Origin: Myxococcota bacterium
GTDB lineage: Bacteria; Myxococcota_A; UBA9160; UBA4427
Assembly (NCBI GenBank): GCA_965250285.1
Contig: OZ252299.1
Span: 4,640,001 to 4,704,000 of the forward strand
Reading direction: 5' to 3'
DNA: 64,000 nucleotides
A program made the translations under genes and the position numbers. The notes beneath the pieces are model-generated. The model was given only the letters and a program-made list of their open reading frames with translations. It was not told the DNA's origin and did not search any database. Each line of letters opens with the position of its first letter. Positions within the stretch are counted from its first letter, which is position 1. Below, one piece after another: positions 28,469-40,152 of this stretch.

Positions 28469-29800
28469 ATGTGGGACGCCTTTCGGTCGTACTTCGCCCC
28501 TCCGATCGCCGCGGAGGAGGCCCAGAACCACGCCAAGCTCGCCTGGCTGGTGAGGCTGCGCTGGCTCGCGATCCTGGCGCAGGTCGCGTCGATGCCCCTC
28601 GCGCTCTACTTCGACGTGCTCGAGGCCCGGCTCTTGCCGGTGTTCGCCACGATCGTCGCCGCGCTCGCCGCGCTGAACCTGTTCACCTGGTTGCGCCTGC
28701 GCAGCGAGCGCGAAGTCAGCCAGCGCCAGGTGCTGATCCAGCTGATGGCCGACATCGCGGTCCTGACCGCGCTGCTCATCATCTCGGGGGGCGCGTGGAA
28801 CCCGCTCGTGCCGATTCTCTTCGTGCACTCGGTCCTGGGCGCCCTGCTGCTGCAGGGGCGAGCGAGTCTCTTCTTCGTCGTGTTGCTCGTGGGCTGCCTC
28901 GCGCTGATTCAGTTCTACTCGCAGTTCTACTCGATGCTGCCGCCCGGGCTCTCGGGCGGCGTTCTGCCCGCGGTGATCTTGTTCCCGGCGCAGTTCGTCG
29001 TCGCGCTCGTGTACTGGATTCTCACCGCGTGGCTCTCGCGAACCCTTACTCAGCTGCAGGAGAACGTCGCCGAGGCGCGTGAACGCAAGCAGCGTGTCGA
29101 TCGCCTGCGCGCGGTCGGCGCCCTCGCCGCCGGCCTCTCGCACGAGTTCGCGACGCCGCTCAATACCGCGCAGCTGAAGCTCGCGCGCTTGTCGCGCAAG
29201 CCGGGTCTCGAAGATGATCCCGACATCGCCACCGCCCGCGAAGAGCTCGAACGCTGCGGTGACGTCTTGCGCCGCATGGCCGGTGCCCAGCTGAAGCCCG
29301 ATCGTCTGAACCTCGAGATCATCGATGTCGCGGCCCTGGGCCGACAGGTGGTGCAGAGTCTCACGCGGGTACACGAGGGCACGCCGATCACGTTCCGCGC
29401 CGAAGGGCACGGCCCGCTGCCCGCGCTTTTGCCGCCCGTCGCGTTCTCGCAGGCTCTCATCAACCTCGTCGACAACGCCGTCGAGAGCGCCGGCGAGGAC
29501 AAGCCGGTCGAGATCCTCGCCACCCGAGCGGGAGACGAGGTCGAGATCAGCGTCCTCGATCGAGGCGAAGGCTGGCCGGATGTCGTCCGGACGCACCTCG
29601 GCGAACCCTTCGTCACCACGAAGCCCGACGGCGTCGGCCTCGGGCTCTACTACGTCCACAACCTCGCGGCGGCCATCGGCGCGAAACTGACCCTCGTCGA
29701 CCGGCCCGATGGCGGCGCGATCGCGCAGCTCTCGCTGCCGCTTCGCACGATGCCGGCCGCACATGAGCGTCTGGGACAGGCCCGCGCGGCGATCGCCTGA
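28469..29800 (+). CDS. regB: RegB/PrrB/ActS-family redox sensor histidine kinase
   Basis: LVRLRWLAI, six-TM sensor, GGAWNPL (GGxxNPF-like), HEFATPL, ERCGDVL Cys, EPFVTTK. Confidence 0.85.
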   Translation: MWDAFRSYFAPPIAAEEAQNHAKLAWLVRLRWLAILAQVASMPLALYFDVLEARLLPVFATIVAALAALNLFTWLRLRSEREVSQRQVLIQLMADIAVLTALLIISGGAWNPLVPILFVHSVLGALLLQGRASLFFVVLLVGCLALIQFYSQFYSMLPPGLSGGVLPAVILFPAQFVVALVYWILTAWLSRTLTQLQENVAEARERKQRVDRLRAVGALAAGLSHEFATPLNTAQLKLARLSRKPGLEDDPDIATAREELERCGDVLRRMAGAQLKPDRLNLEIIDVAALGRQVVQSLTRVHEGTPITFRAEGHGPLPALLPPVAFSQALINLVDNAVESAGEDKPVEILATRAGDEVEISVLDRGEGWPDVVRTHLGEPFVTTKPDGVGLGLYYVHNLAAAIGAKLTLVDRPDGGAIAQLSLPLRTMPAAHERLGQARAAIA

Positions 29801-29841
29801 TTCGACCGGCGCCGAACCTTGCAAGACGGGAGACCTCAGCC

Positions 29842-30420
29842 ATGAACGAAGATGCCGACCGAGCCGACGGCGGTGATCCCGGTGAGCTGCCCGAAGAAAC
29901 GCGCAGCCTGCTGATCGTCGACGACAACGAGCGCTTCGCCGACACGCTCGCGACCGAGTTTCGCGATCGCGGCTACGACGTGACGTGGCTCGACTCGCTC
30001 GCCGCGGTCCGCGACCACCGCACGCTCGGTTTCGACTTTGCCGTAGTCGACCTGCGCATTCGCCAGGACAGCGGCCTCGACGTGATCGCCGTGCTGAAGG
30101 AGCGCAGCCCCGAGACCATCATCGTCGTCTTGACGGGCTACGGCTCGATCGCCACCGCCGTACGCGCGACGAAGCTCGGCGCGACGTCGTATCTCACCAA
30201 GCCGGTCGACGTAGACCAGCTCGAACGCGCACTGATGCAAGAAGAAGAGGACGAAGAGCTGCCGATCCCGGATCAGTTCCAGAGCCTCTACCGGCACGAG
30301 CGTGAGTACATCGAGTTCGTGCTCGCCGAGTGCGAAGGCAACATCAGCCAGGCGGCGCGCCGGCTCGGGCTCCACCGGCAGAGCCTCCAGCGCAAGCTGC
30401 GCAAGTACACTCCCAACTAG
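29842..30420 (+). CDS. regA: RegA/PrrA/ActR-family response regulator
   Basis: LLIVDD, VVDLRI, LTGYGSIATAV, C-terminal GNISQAARRLGLHRQSLQRKL. Confidence 0.9.
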   Translation: MNEDADRADGGDPGELPEETRSLLIVDDNERFADTLATEFRDRGYDVTWLDSLAAVRDHRTLGFDFAVVDLRIRQDSGLDVIAVLKERSPETIIVVLTGYGSIATAVRATKLGATSYLTKPVDVDQLERALMQEEEDEELPIPDQFQSLYRHEREYIEFVLAECEGNISQAARRLGLHRQSLQRKLRKYTPN

Positions 30421-30434
30421 GAAACACGTCGAAG

Positions 30435-31184
30435 ATGAAGCGATTCGAAGACAAGCGAGTGCTGGTCACGGGTGCAGCGTCGGGCATCGGACGCGCGAGC
30501 GCGCAGCGCATGGCCGCCGAGGGTGCACAGGTGGCCTGCGTCGATCTGCAGGCCGAAGGCTGCGAGGAGACCGTCAAGCTGATCGAGCACGACGGCGGAT
30601 CGGCCTTCGCGCTCGCCTGCGACGTGAGCGACGAATCGGCGGTCAACGGCATGGTGGGCGAGGCCACCCAGCGCCTGGGCGGCCTCGACTCGCTCTGCAA
30701 CATCGCCGGCATCCTGCACTTCAACCACACGCACGAGCTCGAGCTCGCGAAGTGGAACCAGATCCTGTCCGTGAACCTGACCGGGACCTTCCTCGTCACG
30801 AAGGCCGCGCTGCCCGCGCTGCTCGACGGCGGAGGCAATGTGGTGAACATGGCGTCGACCGCCGGCCTCGCCGGCCACCCTTGGACGGCCGCCTACTCGG
30901 CGAGCAAGGGCGGCGTGCTCGCGTTCACCTGGACCATCGCCGTCGAGTACGGCAAGCAGGGCGTGCGGGCGAACGCGGTGTGCCCGGGCGCAGTCGCGAC
31001 GCCGATGCACGAGGTGTTCTCGCTGCCCGAGGGTGGCGACATGAAGCTGATCGATCGCATCTCGCCGCTCGACAAGTTTCGCGGGCCCGACAAGGCCGCG
31101 AGCGTCGTTGCCTTTCTGGCGAGCGATGATGCCGAGCACATCAACGGCGAATCGATCCGCGTCGACGGCGGCACGCTGGCATAG
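30435..31184 (+). CDS. Short-chain dehydrogenase/reductase
   Basis: TGAASGIG, NIAG, YSASK. Confidence 0.93.
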   Translation: MKRFEDKRVLVTGAASGIGRASAQRMAAEGAQVACVDLQAEGCEETVKLIEHDGGSAFALACDVSDESAVNGMVGEATQRLGGLDSLCNIAGILHFNHTHELELAKWNQILSVNLTGTFLVTKAALPALLDGGGNVVNMASTAGLAGHPWTAAYSASKGGVLAFTWTIAVEYGKQGVRANAVCPGAVATPMHEVFSLPEGGDMKLIDRISPLDKFRGPDKAASVVAFLASDDAEHINGESIRVDGGTLA

Positions 31185-31198
31185 CGGGGCTTCCAGCG

Positions 31199-31810
31199 TC
31201 AGATCAAGACGAGATGATTCGGTAGCTCGTTCTTCTCGTGCGTCGCGGGCACGTGCTCGATCAGCAGCGCGCCGCACGCATCGATGCACTCGATGAAGCC
31301 CTCGACGGTTTCGCCGGCCTTCACCCGCGCGGTAAAGGCATCGACGATCTGCTGCCAGCGTTCGTGGCTCACGTGCTGGTCGATGCCGCGGTCGGCGATG
31401 ATCTCGACGTAGTGCTCGAATTCGCTCACAAAGATGAGCACGCCCGTTTCGCCGGCGGTGTGATGGAGCCCCTGCTCGAGGAACTGCCGGCGCGCCAGGC
31501 TCGAGGCACGCCACGTTCGCACCGAGCCCGGAATCACTCGGCGTAGGATCGGCGGCCACCTGTAGATCGCGAAGACGACGACGAACGCCACGGCCTGGGC
31601 GACGAGCAGCTCGACGGTGCCCAGCCAGAAGACGCTCCAGTGCAGGATCCACGGCACGGTGAGCGCGACGAGCGCCGCCCAAAGGGTCGGGATGTAGACA
31701 TAGTCGTCGGAACGCGCAGCGAGCACCGTCACCAGCTCGGCGTCGGTCTCGCGCTCGATCTCGTGGATGCGCTCGGCCATGCGCGTCGCACCCGCCTCGT
31801 CGATCAGCAT
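31199..31810 (-). CDS. TPM domain-containing membrane protein
   Basis: ERETDAELVTV, TGVLIFVSEFEHYVEIIADRGI, NELPN; part of the LemA/TPM cluster. Confidence 0.85.
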   Translation of the reverse strand: MLIDEAGATRMAERIHEIERETDAELVTVLAARSDDYVYIPTLWAALVALTVPWILHWSVFWLGTVELLVAQAVAFVVVFAIYRWPPILRRVIPGSVRTWRASSLARRQFLEQGLHHTAGETGVLIFVSEFEHYVEIIADRGIDQHVSHERWQQIVDAFTARVKAGETVEGFIECIDACGALLIEHVPATHEKNELPNHLVLI

Positions 31811-31812
31811 GC

Positions 31813-32586
31813 CTACCAGCCTCCCGAGGCGCCGCCGCCGCCGAAGCCGCCGCCGCCGCCGCCGAAGCCGCCGCCGCCGCCCCCGAAGCCGCCACCGAAC
31901 CCGCCGCCGCCGAAGCCCGATCGACCGCCTCCGATCATCGGGCCCATCATCATCCCACGCCGAAAGCCCGACCGGCGGTTCGAGCCGAACATCACGAAGA
32001 CGAAGATGCCGAGGATGAGCAGGACGAAGGGGGAGCCACCGAGCGGCGCAGCCCGACCGGCGGGCCTTCGGTCGCGCATCTGATACTCGCCTCCGACCGC
32101 CTGCACCATCGCCATCGCACCGCTGCGGATACCGCCCGGCATGTCGCCTCGCCGAAACGCCGGGAGCACGACCGCGTGGATGATGTTGGAGGAGACCGCG
32201 TCGGTCAGCATGCCTTCGAGCCCGTAGCCGACCTCAATGCGCACCTCGCGTTCATTCGGCGCGACGATCAGCAGCGCTCCGTTGTCGCGCCCTTTCTGGC
32301 CGATGCCCCACGCGCGGCCCAGCTGATAGCCGAACTCTTCGATCGTGCGGCCCTGCAGCGAGTCGAGGGTGACGACGACGATCTGGTTCGACGTCGCGTT
32401 CTCGTGCCCTTCGAGCATGCGCTCGAGCTGAGCCATCTCGTTCGACGAGAGCAGGCCGGCTTCGTCCACGACGCGTCCGGTGAGCGGCGGAAACTCGAGC
32501 TCGGCGAACGCGGGCAGCGCAAGCGCGAGCCAGAAGGCGAGCCCGATCGCGCATGCGACCGGGGCCGAGGCGCCGTGTCGGCTCAA
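31813..32586 (-). CDS. TPM domain (YgcG-like) protein with Gly-rich tail
   Basis: GRVVDEAGLL, WGIGQKGRDNG, IEVGYGLEG, GGGGFGGGGASGGW. Confidence 0.92.
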   Translation of the reverse strand: MSRHGASAPVACAIGLAFWLALALPAFAELEFPPLTGRVVDEAGLLSSNEMAQLERMLEGHENATSNQIVVVTLDSLQGRTIEEFGYQLGRAWGIGQKGRDNGALLIVAPNEREVRIEVGYGLEGMLTDAVSSNIIHAVVLPAFRRGDMPGGIRSGAMAMVQAVGGEYQMRDRRPAGRAAPLGGSPFVLLILGIFVFVMFGSNRRSGFRRGMMMGPMIGGGRSGFGGGGFGGGFGGGGGGFGGGGGGFGGGGASGGW

Positions 32587-33212
32587 AAGCTCACCTTCGG
32601 CGCTTCGTTTGCATCGGGCGTGGTCGCCTCGAACGTCTCGCGCAGCTCGAGGTCGCTGTACATGAGCGAGTGCCAGAGGCGCCCTGGAAACGTGCGGATC
32701 TCGGTGTTGAACCGCTCGACGGCCTGGATGTAGTCGCGTCGCGCGACCGAGATGCGGTTCTCGGTGCCCTCGAGCTGACTCTGCAGCGCCAGGAAGTTCT
32801 GATTGCTCTTGAGGTCGGGGTAGCGCTCGGCGACGAGCATCAGGCGACTGATCGCGCCCCCGAGCTGCTGCTGCGCCTGCTCGAACTTCTGCAGCGCCGC
32901 GGGATCGTCGATGATGTCTCGCGAGACCTGCATCGAGCCGACCCGAGCGCGCGCCTCGGTGACGGCCGTCAGCGTCTCCTTCTCCTGCGCGGCGAACCCC
33001 TTCACCGTCTCGACCAGGTTCGGGATCAGATCGGCCCGCCGCTGATACTGGTTCTCGACCTGCGCCCAGGCCGACTTCACCTGCTCATCGAGGGTCGGAA
33101 TCGTGTTGATCCCGCACCCCGTCGCGAACACGACGAGCACGAGCAGAGCACAGGCGGCGCGCATGCGCCCGGCGACACGAATGAGCGAGGATCGATTGAC
33201 GCGAACGGACAT
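32583..33212 (-). CDS. lemA: LemA family lipoprotein
   Basis: TGCG lipobox, WAQVENQYQRRADLIPNLV, ERYPDLK, LEGTENRI. Confidence 0.95.
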   Translation of the reverse strand: MSVRVNRSSLIRVAGRMRAACALLVLVVFATGCGINTIPTLDEQVKSAWAQVENQYQRRADLIPNLVETVKGFAAQEKETLTAVTEARARVGSMQVSRDIIDDPAALQKFEQAQQQLGGAISRLMLVAERYPDLKSNQNFLALQSQLEGTENRISVARRDYIQAVERFNTEIRTFPGRLWHSLMYSDLELRETFEATTPDANEAPKVSF

Positions 33213-33350
33213 CGGTCTCCCTTCCGGTTCGGTGGCATGCGGTTCGTCGGGCGAGAGGATCCACGCCCTCCCCTCCAGACGCAAATGCAGCGAGAACTCT
33301 GCACCCGGATCGCCAACGGGATCGACCCGGGGCGCACGCGCAGCCGCCGA

Positions 33351-35042
<1,692 letters not shown>

Positions 35043-35142
35043 GCTGGATCTCTCGATCTTGCGGGGGAGTGGGGCGCGGCCAGAGAAGATAGGCCACATC
35101 GCTGGCGGCCGGGCCCAGCCGTCCGCGCGAACGGCTGCCCTG

Positions 35143-37116
35143 CTAGACCAGATCGACGTCCGCCATGATCTCGACCAGGCTCGGGCCCTCGGTCTCGATC
35201 GCCTCGCGGAGCGCCCCCTCGAGACCGATCGACGCCGTGACGCGGATGCCGCGCGCGCCGCAGAGCTCGGCGTAGTCGGCGAACGAGGGATTCGAGAGGT
35301 TCGTCTCCCAGACCGGCCACTCGCCCGACTTCTGCTCTTTGCTGATCTTGCCGAGCTCGTCGTTGCGGACCAGCACGTGCGTGATGTTCATGCCGTACTT
35401 CACCGCCGTCGTGAGCTCGCCCATGTACTGGCCGAAGCCACCATCGCCCGAGACCGAAACCACCTTGCGGCCGGCGAAGCGTGGATCGTCCTCCTGGGTC
35501 GCCACCCAGGCGCCGAGCGCGGCCGGCAGCGCGAAGCCGATGCTGCCGAGATACCCACTCATCAGCACCGCCTGTCGCCCCGAACACTCGAAGTAGCGAC
35601 CGAACGAGTAGGTGTTGTTGCCCACATCGACCGGCAGGATCGCGTCGTCGGGCACGACCTGCGACAACGCCTCGAAGATCGACGCGCTGTTGACGCCGTG
35701 GCCGCGATCGTCGCTGCGACGTCGCTCCTTCTCGGCGCGCCAGATCGACCAGCGTTCGGCGACCTCACCGCGCTGGTCGGTGGCGGCCACCCGATCGGGC
35801 AACGCGGCCTGCATCGCTTCGACCGTGGCTGCGATCTCACCCCAGACCGGCACGTCGACGGCGTGAAACTTGCCGAGCGCCATCGGGTCGAAGTCGATCT
35901 GCACCGTCGGCTTCTTCGGCGTGATGCCGGTGTGGTTGCTGAAGCTCGCGCCGAGCACGACGAGCAGGTCGCACTCGTTCATGAACCACGACGCGATGGG
36001 TGTCCCGCTGCGACCGAGCACGCCGCAGCCGAGGGGATGTGTATCCGACACCAGACCCTTGGCCTTGAAGGTCGTCAGGATCGGCGCGTTCACCCGCTCG
36101 GCGAGCGCGATGACCGCGGGCATGTCGAAGCGCGCGCCATGGCCGACGATGAAAACCGGACGCTTCGCCTCGGCGAGTCGACGCACGGCTTCGTCGAGCG
36201 CCTCCTTCGGCGGCTGAATGGATCGCGGCGTCACGCGACCCGTCGGCCCGCCGGCCTCGGCGCCCTCGGGCGCCGGCAGCGTCTGCACCTCGTCGGGGAA
36301 GACCAGGTGCGATACGCCCCGGTTCAGGATCGCGCTCTTGCACGCGAGGTTGATCAGCTCGGCGTGGCGACTCGTCGGCAGCACCGTCTGCGCCCACTGC
36401 GCGACCTTGCCGAAGGCCGCCATCAGGTCGATCTCCTGGAACGCGCCGGGGCCGAGCACCTGGGTGTCGACCTGGCCCGTCAGCGCAATGGCCGGGGCAC
36501 GATCGACGTTCGCGTCCCACAGACCGGTGAGCAGGTTGGTCGCCCCGGGGCCCGCGATGCTGAGGCACGCCGCGGGCCGTCCGGTCAGCTTGCCGTAGGC
36601 TGAGCACGCAAAGGCCGCGGCGCCCTCGTGGCGAATGCCGACGTAGCGCAAACGACCGCCGTCGCTCTCGCGTCGCATTGCGTCGGCCAGGCCGAGGTTC
36701 GAGTGCCCCACCATGCCGAACACGTTGCGCACGCCCCAGGCGGTGAGCGTCTGCGCCATCAAGTCGGAGACGGTCTCGACGTGCTCGACGATCTCTTCGA
36801 CGCCGACGTAGACGCCATCGTCGCGCAGCTCGACGGGATAGGTCTCGACGCAATCGCCGAAACCATCGGGCGGCACGCCCGTGGTCGGGTGGTAGTCCCA
36901 ACCATGCCACGGGCAACGCAGCCAGCCCTCTTCGATCGACCCCTCGCCGAGCGGTCCGCCCTGGTGGGGACACTTGTTCGAGAGCGCGGCGATCGTGCCT
37001 TCGAAGTGCGTCATGCAGACCGTGTGGTTGCCCAGCGTCTTGGGCACGACCCGGCCCTCGAGCAGCTCGCCCGGGTCGAGGGCCTTGTGCCAGACCGTCC
37101 GCGTCGTCTCACTCAT
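35143..37116 (-). CDS. Rieske [2Fe-2S] domain fused to a thiamine-diphosphate enzyme (pyruvate oxidase/acetolactate synthase superfamily)
   Basis: CPHQGGPL...[24 protein letters not shown]...RNDELG. Confidence 0.88.
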   Translation of the reverse strand: MSETTRTVWHKALDPGELLEGRVVPKTLGNHTVCMTHFEGTIAALSNKCPHQGGPLGEGSIEEGWLRCPWHGWDYHPTTGVPPDGFGDCVETYPVELRDDGVYVGVEEIVEHVETVSDLMAQTLTAWGVRNVFGMVGHSNLGLADAMRRESDGGRLRYVGIRHEGAAAFACSAYGKLTGRPAACLSIAGPGATNLLTGLWDANVDRAPAIALTGQVDTQVLGPGAFQEIDLMAAFGKVAQWAQTVLPTSRHAELINLACKSAILNRGVSHLVFPDEVQTLPAPEGAEAGGPTGRVTPRSIQPPKEALDEAVRRLAEAKRPVFIVGHGARFDMPAVIALAERVNAPILTTFKAKGLVSDTHPLGCGVLGRSGTPIASWFMNECDLLVVLGASFSNHTGITPKKPTVQIDFDPMALGKFHAVDVPVWGEIAATVEAMQAALPDRVAATDQRGEVAERWSIWRAEKERRRSDDRGHGVNSASIFEALSQVVPDDAILPVDVGNNTYSFGRYFECSGRQAVLMSGYLGSIGFALPAALGAWVATQEDDPRFAGRKVVSVSGDGGFGQYMGELTTAVKYGMNITHVLVRNDELGKISKEQKSGEWPVWETNLSNPSFADYAELCGARGIRVTASIGLEGALREAIETEGPSLVEIMADVDLV

Positions 37117-37217
37117 CGTTCGCTTCCTCTATCTCGTTCGACGACGCCGTTCGACGTCGACTCGGGTCGATTCGCGAGCGCGCGTCGCCGCGGCGACCGC
37201 TTCGCGCTGACTTCGCT

Positions 37218-38075
37218 TCAGACGACACCCGCCCGCAGCGCCGCTTGGCTCGCGTCGACACGGCCGGCGATGAACCTTTCGACACCGGCGCGCTGGGCGG
37301 CGACGGATTCGCAGCTCATCTCGCTCGCCGTCAGCACGGCGGCCGTGAATCCGTCCGTATGCCAATGGCCGGGGCCTTCGACGTCGGGCAGCGCATCCGC
37401 CGACGGCGCCGGCCAAACCGAGACGTACCAATAGGGCTCGGCGTAGCTCTCGTCGCCGAGCGACAAACCGAAGCCGACCGTCGACTGGGCCGTGCCATCG
37501 GGCGCGGTGTCGACGGCGAAGAGCGAGCCCGCATCGAAGTGATGGGGCCAGACACGGAGGGGGGCCGCGCCCGGGTGCGCATCGGCGCGCGCGCCGAGCA
37601 CGTCGAACGCGGCGGCGAACCAGGCTGCGAGCTGACCCGATGCGGCTGGATCGGGGCGCTCGAACTTCGCACCGCGCGCGACGGGGTGATCGGGCAGATC
37701 GTAGGGCGAGCGCGGCAGACCGGGCGCGGCGACGATCACACCCGCTTCGGCGAGGGCGTGGGTGGCGTCTTCGAGCGCGTCGCCGGGGGTTCGGCCATGC
37801 AGCGACACGCGAGCCGCCGCCCTCCCCTCACCATCGCGCGCCTCGATCTCGAAGCGCTCGATCGCGAGCGCGAGCGTGACGCCGTCGGCCGACAGGCGGC
37901 GCGAGACGAGCGCGCGATTCGCCTCGTCCCAGCCGAGGTTCGGATGCGAGTCATCGAGCGCAGGCTCGAGCAGCGCCATCGCGCCGGCAGAGACGATCTG
38001 CGCGGCGTGGTGCAGCTGCAGGCGCGCATCGACGAGATCGACCGGCGCCACGCTGCCGAGCAGAGCCCAGACCAT
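37218..38075 (-). CDS. Hypothetical protein (DUF5996-like)
   Basis: ARLQLHHAAQ, VWPHHFD, GDESYAEPYWYV; strong codon bias. Confidence 0.65.
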   Translation of the reverse strand: MVWALLGSVAPVDLVDARLQLHHAAQIVSAGAMALLEPALDDSHPNLGWDEANRALVSRRLSADGVTLALAIERFEIEARDGEGRAAARVSLHGRTPGDALEDATHALAEAGVIVAAPGLPRSPYDLPDHPVARGAKFERPDPAASGQLAAWFAAAFDVLGARADAHPGAAPLRVWPHHFDAGSLFAVDTAPDGTAQSTVGFGLSLGDESYAEPYWYVSVWPAPSADALPDVEGPGHWHTDGFTAAVLTASEMSCESVAAQRAGVERFIAGRVDASQAALRAGVV

Positions 38076-38106
38076 GTTCGTCGCCTCCCGTGGTCGCGCC
38101 GCCGGC

Positions 38107-39267
38107 TCAGATCTCGTAGATCAGCTTTCCATCGCGGCGGCGATAGACGCCCGCCTCGCCCAACACGCGTAGATGCTCGAGATGAGCGTAGGTCTCGCTC
38201 TCGGCCATGCCGCCCCAGCTGCGCTCTCGGAAGAGCTTCTGCATGAACGCTTCGACGGTGTTCGGGCCGATCTCGCCGGCGATCTCTTTGATGCGCGCCA
38301 GACGTTCGTCGTGGTGGATCTTGATGCCGTCGGTGCGGGCCTTGAGATCGTCGAAGGGGTGGCCATGGGCCGGGAGCACCTGGTCGACGTCGGGCAGGCT
38401 TCCGACCCGGTCGAGCGAGTCGAAGAACGCAGCGAGCGGATCCATGTAGCTCGACAGCCCGGAGATGTGAGGCGTAATCGTCGGCAGCACATGATCGCCG
38501 GCGAGGAAGAGCCCCTCGGCGGGATCGTGCAGGCAGATGTGATCCTCGGTGTGTCCGGGCGTATGGACGACGAACCACTCGCGTCCGGCGAGTCGAACCA
38601 CGTCACCGGCCTTCACCGGCTCGGTGATCTCGGGAAAGACCGAGGGCTGTCGAAGCAGCCGGCGAAGCGACCAGGCGAGCCGCATCTTGAGCGGCGGCTT
38701 CGGCCGCTCGCCGCCCCAGGGCGTGCCGCCCTCCCAGGCCTTGCGCGGCAGCTTCTCGCCAGGCCGCGCGAGTCGCCCTTCTTCCGTCGACGAGTCGACG
38801 TTCGCGTGCGGGGGCGTTCCCTCGCCGATGCCCTCACTCGGCCCGTGCAGGTGGGCGTGGGCGTGGCGATGCACCTCTTCGTGCTCGGCGAGATCTTCGG
38901 CCGACACGTCGACGTGCGGAATCGGCGACCCGAGCCGAAACGCGTCGTGCGCGATGACCTTCGCGCCGGTCTCGCGGGCGAGGCGCGACGCACCTCCGAA
39001 GTGATCGGGATGGCTGTGCGTCACGACCACGTGGTGGACGTGCTTCTTCGGGATCCCGGCCCGCTTGAGCCGCTCCATCAACGTCTTGTACGAGCTCGGC
39101 GTGGGCATGCCCGGGTCGACGAGGGTGGCACCCTCGTCATCGAGCAGGGCGTAGCAATTCACATGGCCGAGGCCCGGCATGCGGATCGGCAGCTCCATGC
39201 GGAGCACGTCCGGTCCGACCTCGGTCACCTCTTCACGAGCGTCTTCCTGTTCTTGTTTCCTGGGCAT
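38107..39267 (-). CDS. MBL-fold metallo-hydrolase
   Basis: THSHPDHFG, TPGHT, AGDHVL, PAHG. Confidence 0.92.
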   Translation of the reverse strand: MPRKQEQEDAREEVTEVGPDVLRMELPIRMPGLGHVNCYALLDDEGATLVDPGMPTPSSYKTLMERLKRAGIPKKHVHHVVVTHSHPDHFGGASRLARETGAKVIAHDAFRLGSPIPHVDVSAEDLAEHEEVHRHAHAHLHGPSEGIGEGTPPHANVDSSTEEGRLARPGEKLPRKAWEGGTPWGGERPKPPLKMRLAWSLRRLLRQPSVFPEITEPVKAGDVVRLAGREWFVVHTPGHTEDHICLHDPAEGLFLAGDHVLPTITPHISGLSSYMDPLAAFFDSLDRVGSLPDVDQVLPAHGHPFDDLKARTDGIKIHHDERLARIKEIAGEIGPNTVEAFMQKLFRERSWGGMAESETYAHLEHLRVLGEAGVYRRRDGKLIYEI

Positions 39268-39324
39268 CCAGCGAGGCTAGCAGGCATGACGCAGCGTCAC
39301 GGGGTGGCCTGCATCGCCCTCGAC

Positions 39325-40137
39325 TCATTCGGGCGCCATGAGCGTGCAGCGGCCCGAGCTCGCATCGCGCGACACGACGGGCGCGGGCGGCAGCCGGAGC
39401 GCGCGTCCGTCACAGCTGCGCCGCTCCGCGGCGTCGTAGCGATAGCCATGCCACGGGCACTCGAGCACCCCGGGCTCGTCGGCAGCGGCGAAGAGGGGGC
39501 CGAGCATGTGGGGGCAGACGGACGGGTGCACCACGAAGTCTTCGCCCTCGGCCACCACGCGAAATCGGCGACCTTCGAACACGACGTCGAGGGGCAGGCG
39601 CGCCCGCAGATCGCGCTCGGGGCCGAGATCGACGGGCGTATCGGCGGGCGGCGAGACCTGCTCGCGCAGCCGCTCGGCGCGCTCGACCATCATCTCTTCG
39701 TCCTCGTCCCAGAGCTCGGTGTAGGCGCCGACGTAGGCCTGACCGAAGGCGGCCAGGGTCTCCTCGGGCAGCGGCTGCATCCTGAACTCGACCTCGACCC
39801 GGGTCGCGTCGTCGTCGGCGGCGGCGAGACGTGTCCAGACTTCGGTCCGCGCGGCCGCCTCGCCGTCGTCGTAGGCCAGAACGACGTAGTGGCCCGCGGC
39901 CCGGTCCGCCTTCAGCTCGACGGTCGACGTCGGGCCGCCGCCCGATTCGGTCAGCTTGGCGCGCCAGCCCTCGAAGCCGGCTTCGAGCTTCTCGATCGAG
40001 TCGAACGTCCGGGCATGCAGCCAGGGCAGATGCTCCCAGTCGAGCACGTTCTCCCAGACGCGGTCGAGCGACGCGGCGACCGTGCGCTCGTAGGTCGAGG
40101 CGGTCACGAGATCGGGCGAGGGCTCGAGGAGCGGCAT
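39325..40137 (-). CDS. Rieske oxygenase-like protein with catalytic domain N-terminal and Rieske domain C-terminal
   Basis: WENVLDWEHLPWLH and WDEDEEMM, followed by CPHMLGPL...CPWHGY. Confidence 0.8.
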   Translation of the reverse strand: MPLLEPSPDLVTASTYERTVAASLDRVWENVLDWEHLPWLHARTFDSIEKLEAGFEGWRAKLTESGGGPTSTVELKADRAAGHYVVLAYDDGEAAARTEVWTRLAAADDDATRVEVEFRMQPLPEETLAAFGQAYVGAYTELWDEDEEMMVERAERLREQVSPPADTPVDLGPERDLRARLPLDVVFEGRRFRVVAEGEDFVVHPSVCPHMLGPLFAAADEPGVLECPWHGYRYDAAERRSCDGRALRLPPAPVVSRDASSGRCTLMAPE

Positions 40138-40152
40138 GCGGGGATCGTAGCC

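Noticed and set aside
28469..30420. RegB/RegA pair as a novel system
   Set aside because: A well-known redox two-component family. Only a minor motif variant (GGAWNPL) was noted.
31199..33212. LemA + two TPM genes and the Gly-codon repeat at about 31828-31915
   Set aside because: A common conserved cluster; the repeat is the usual Gly-rich tail.
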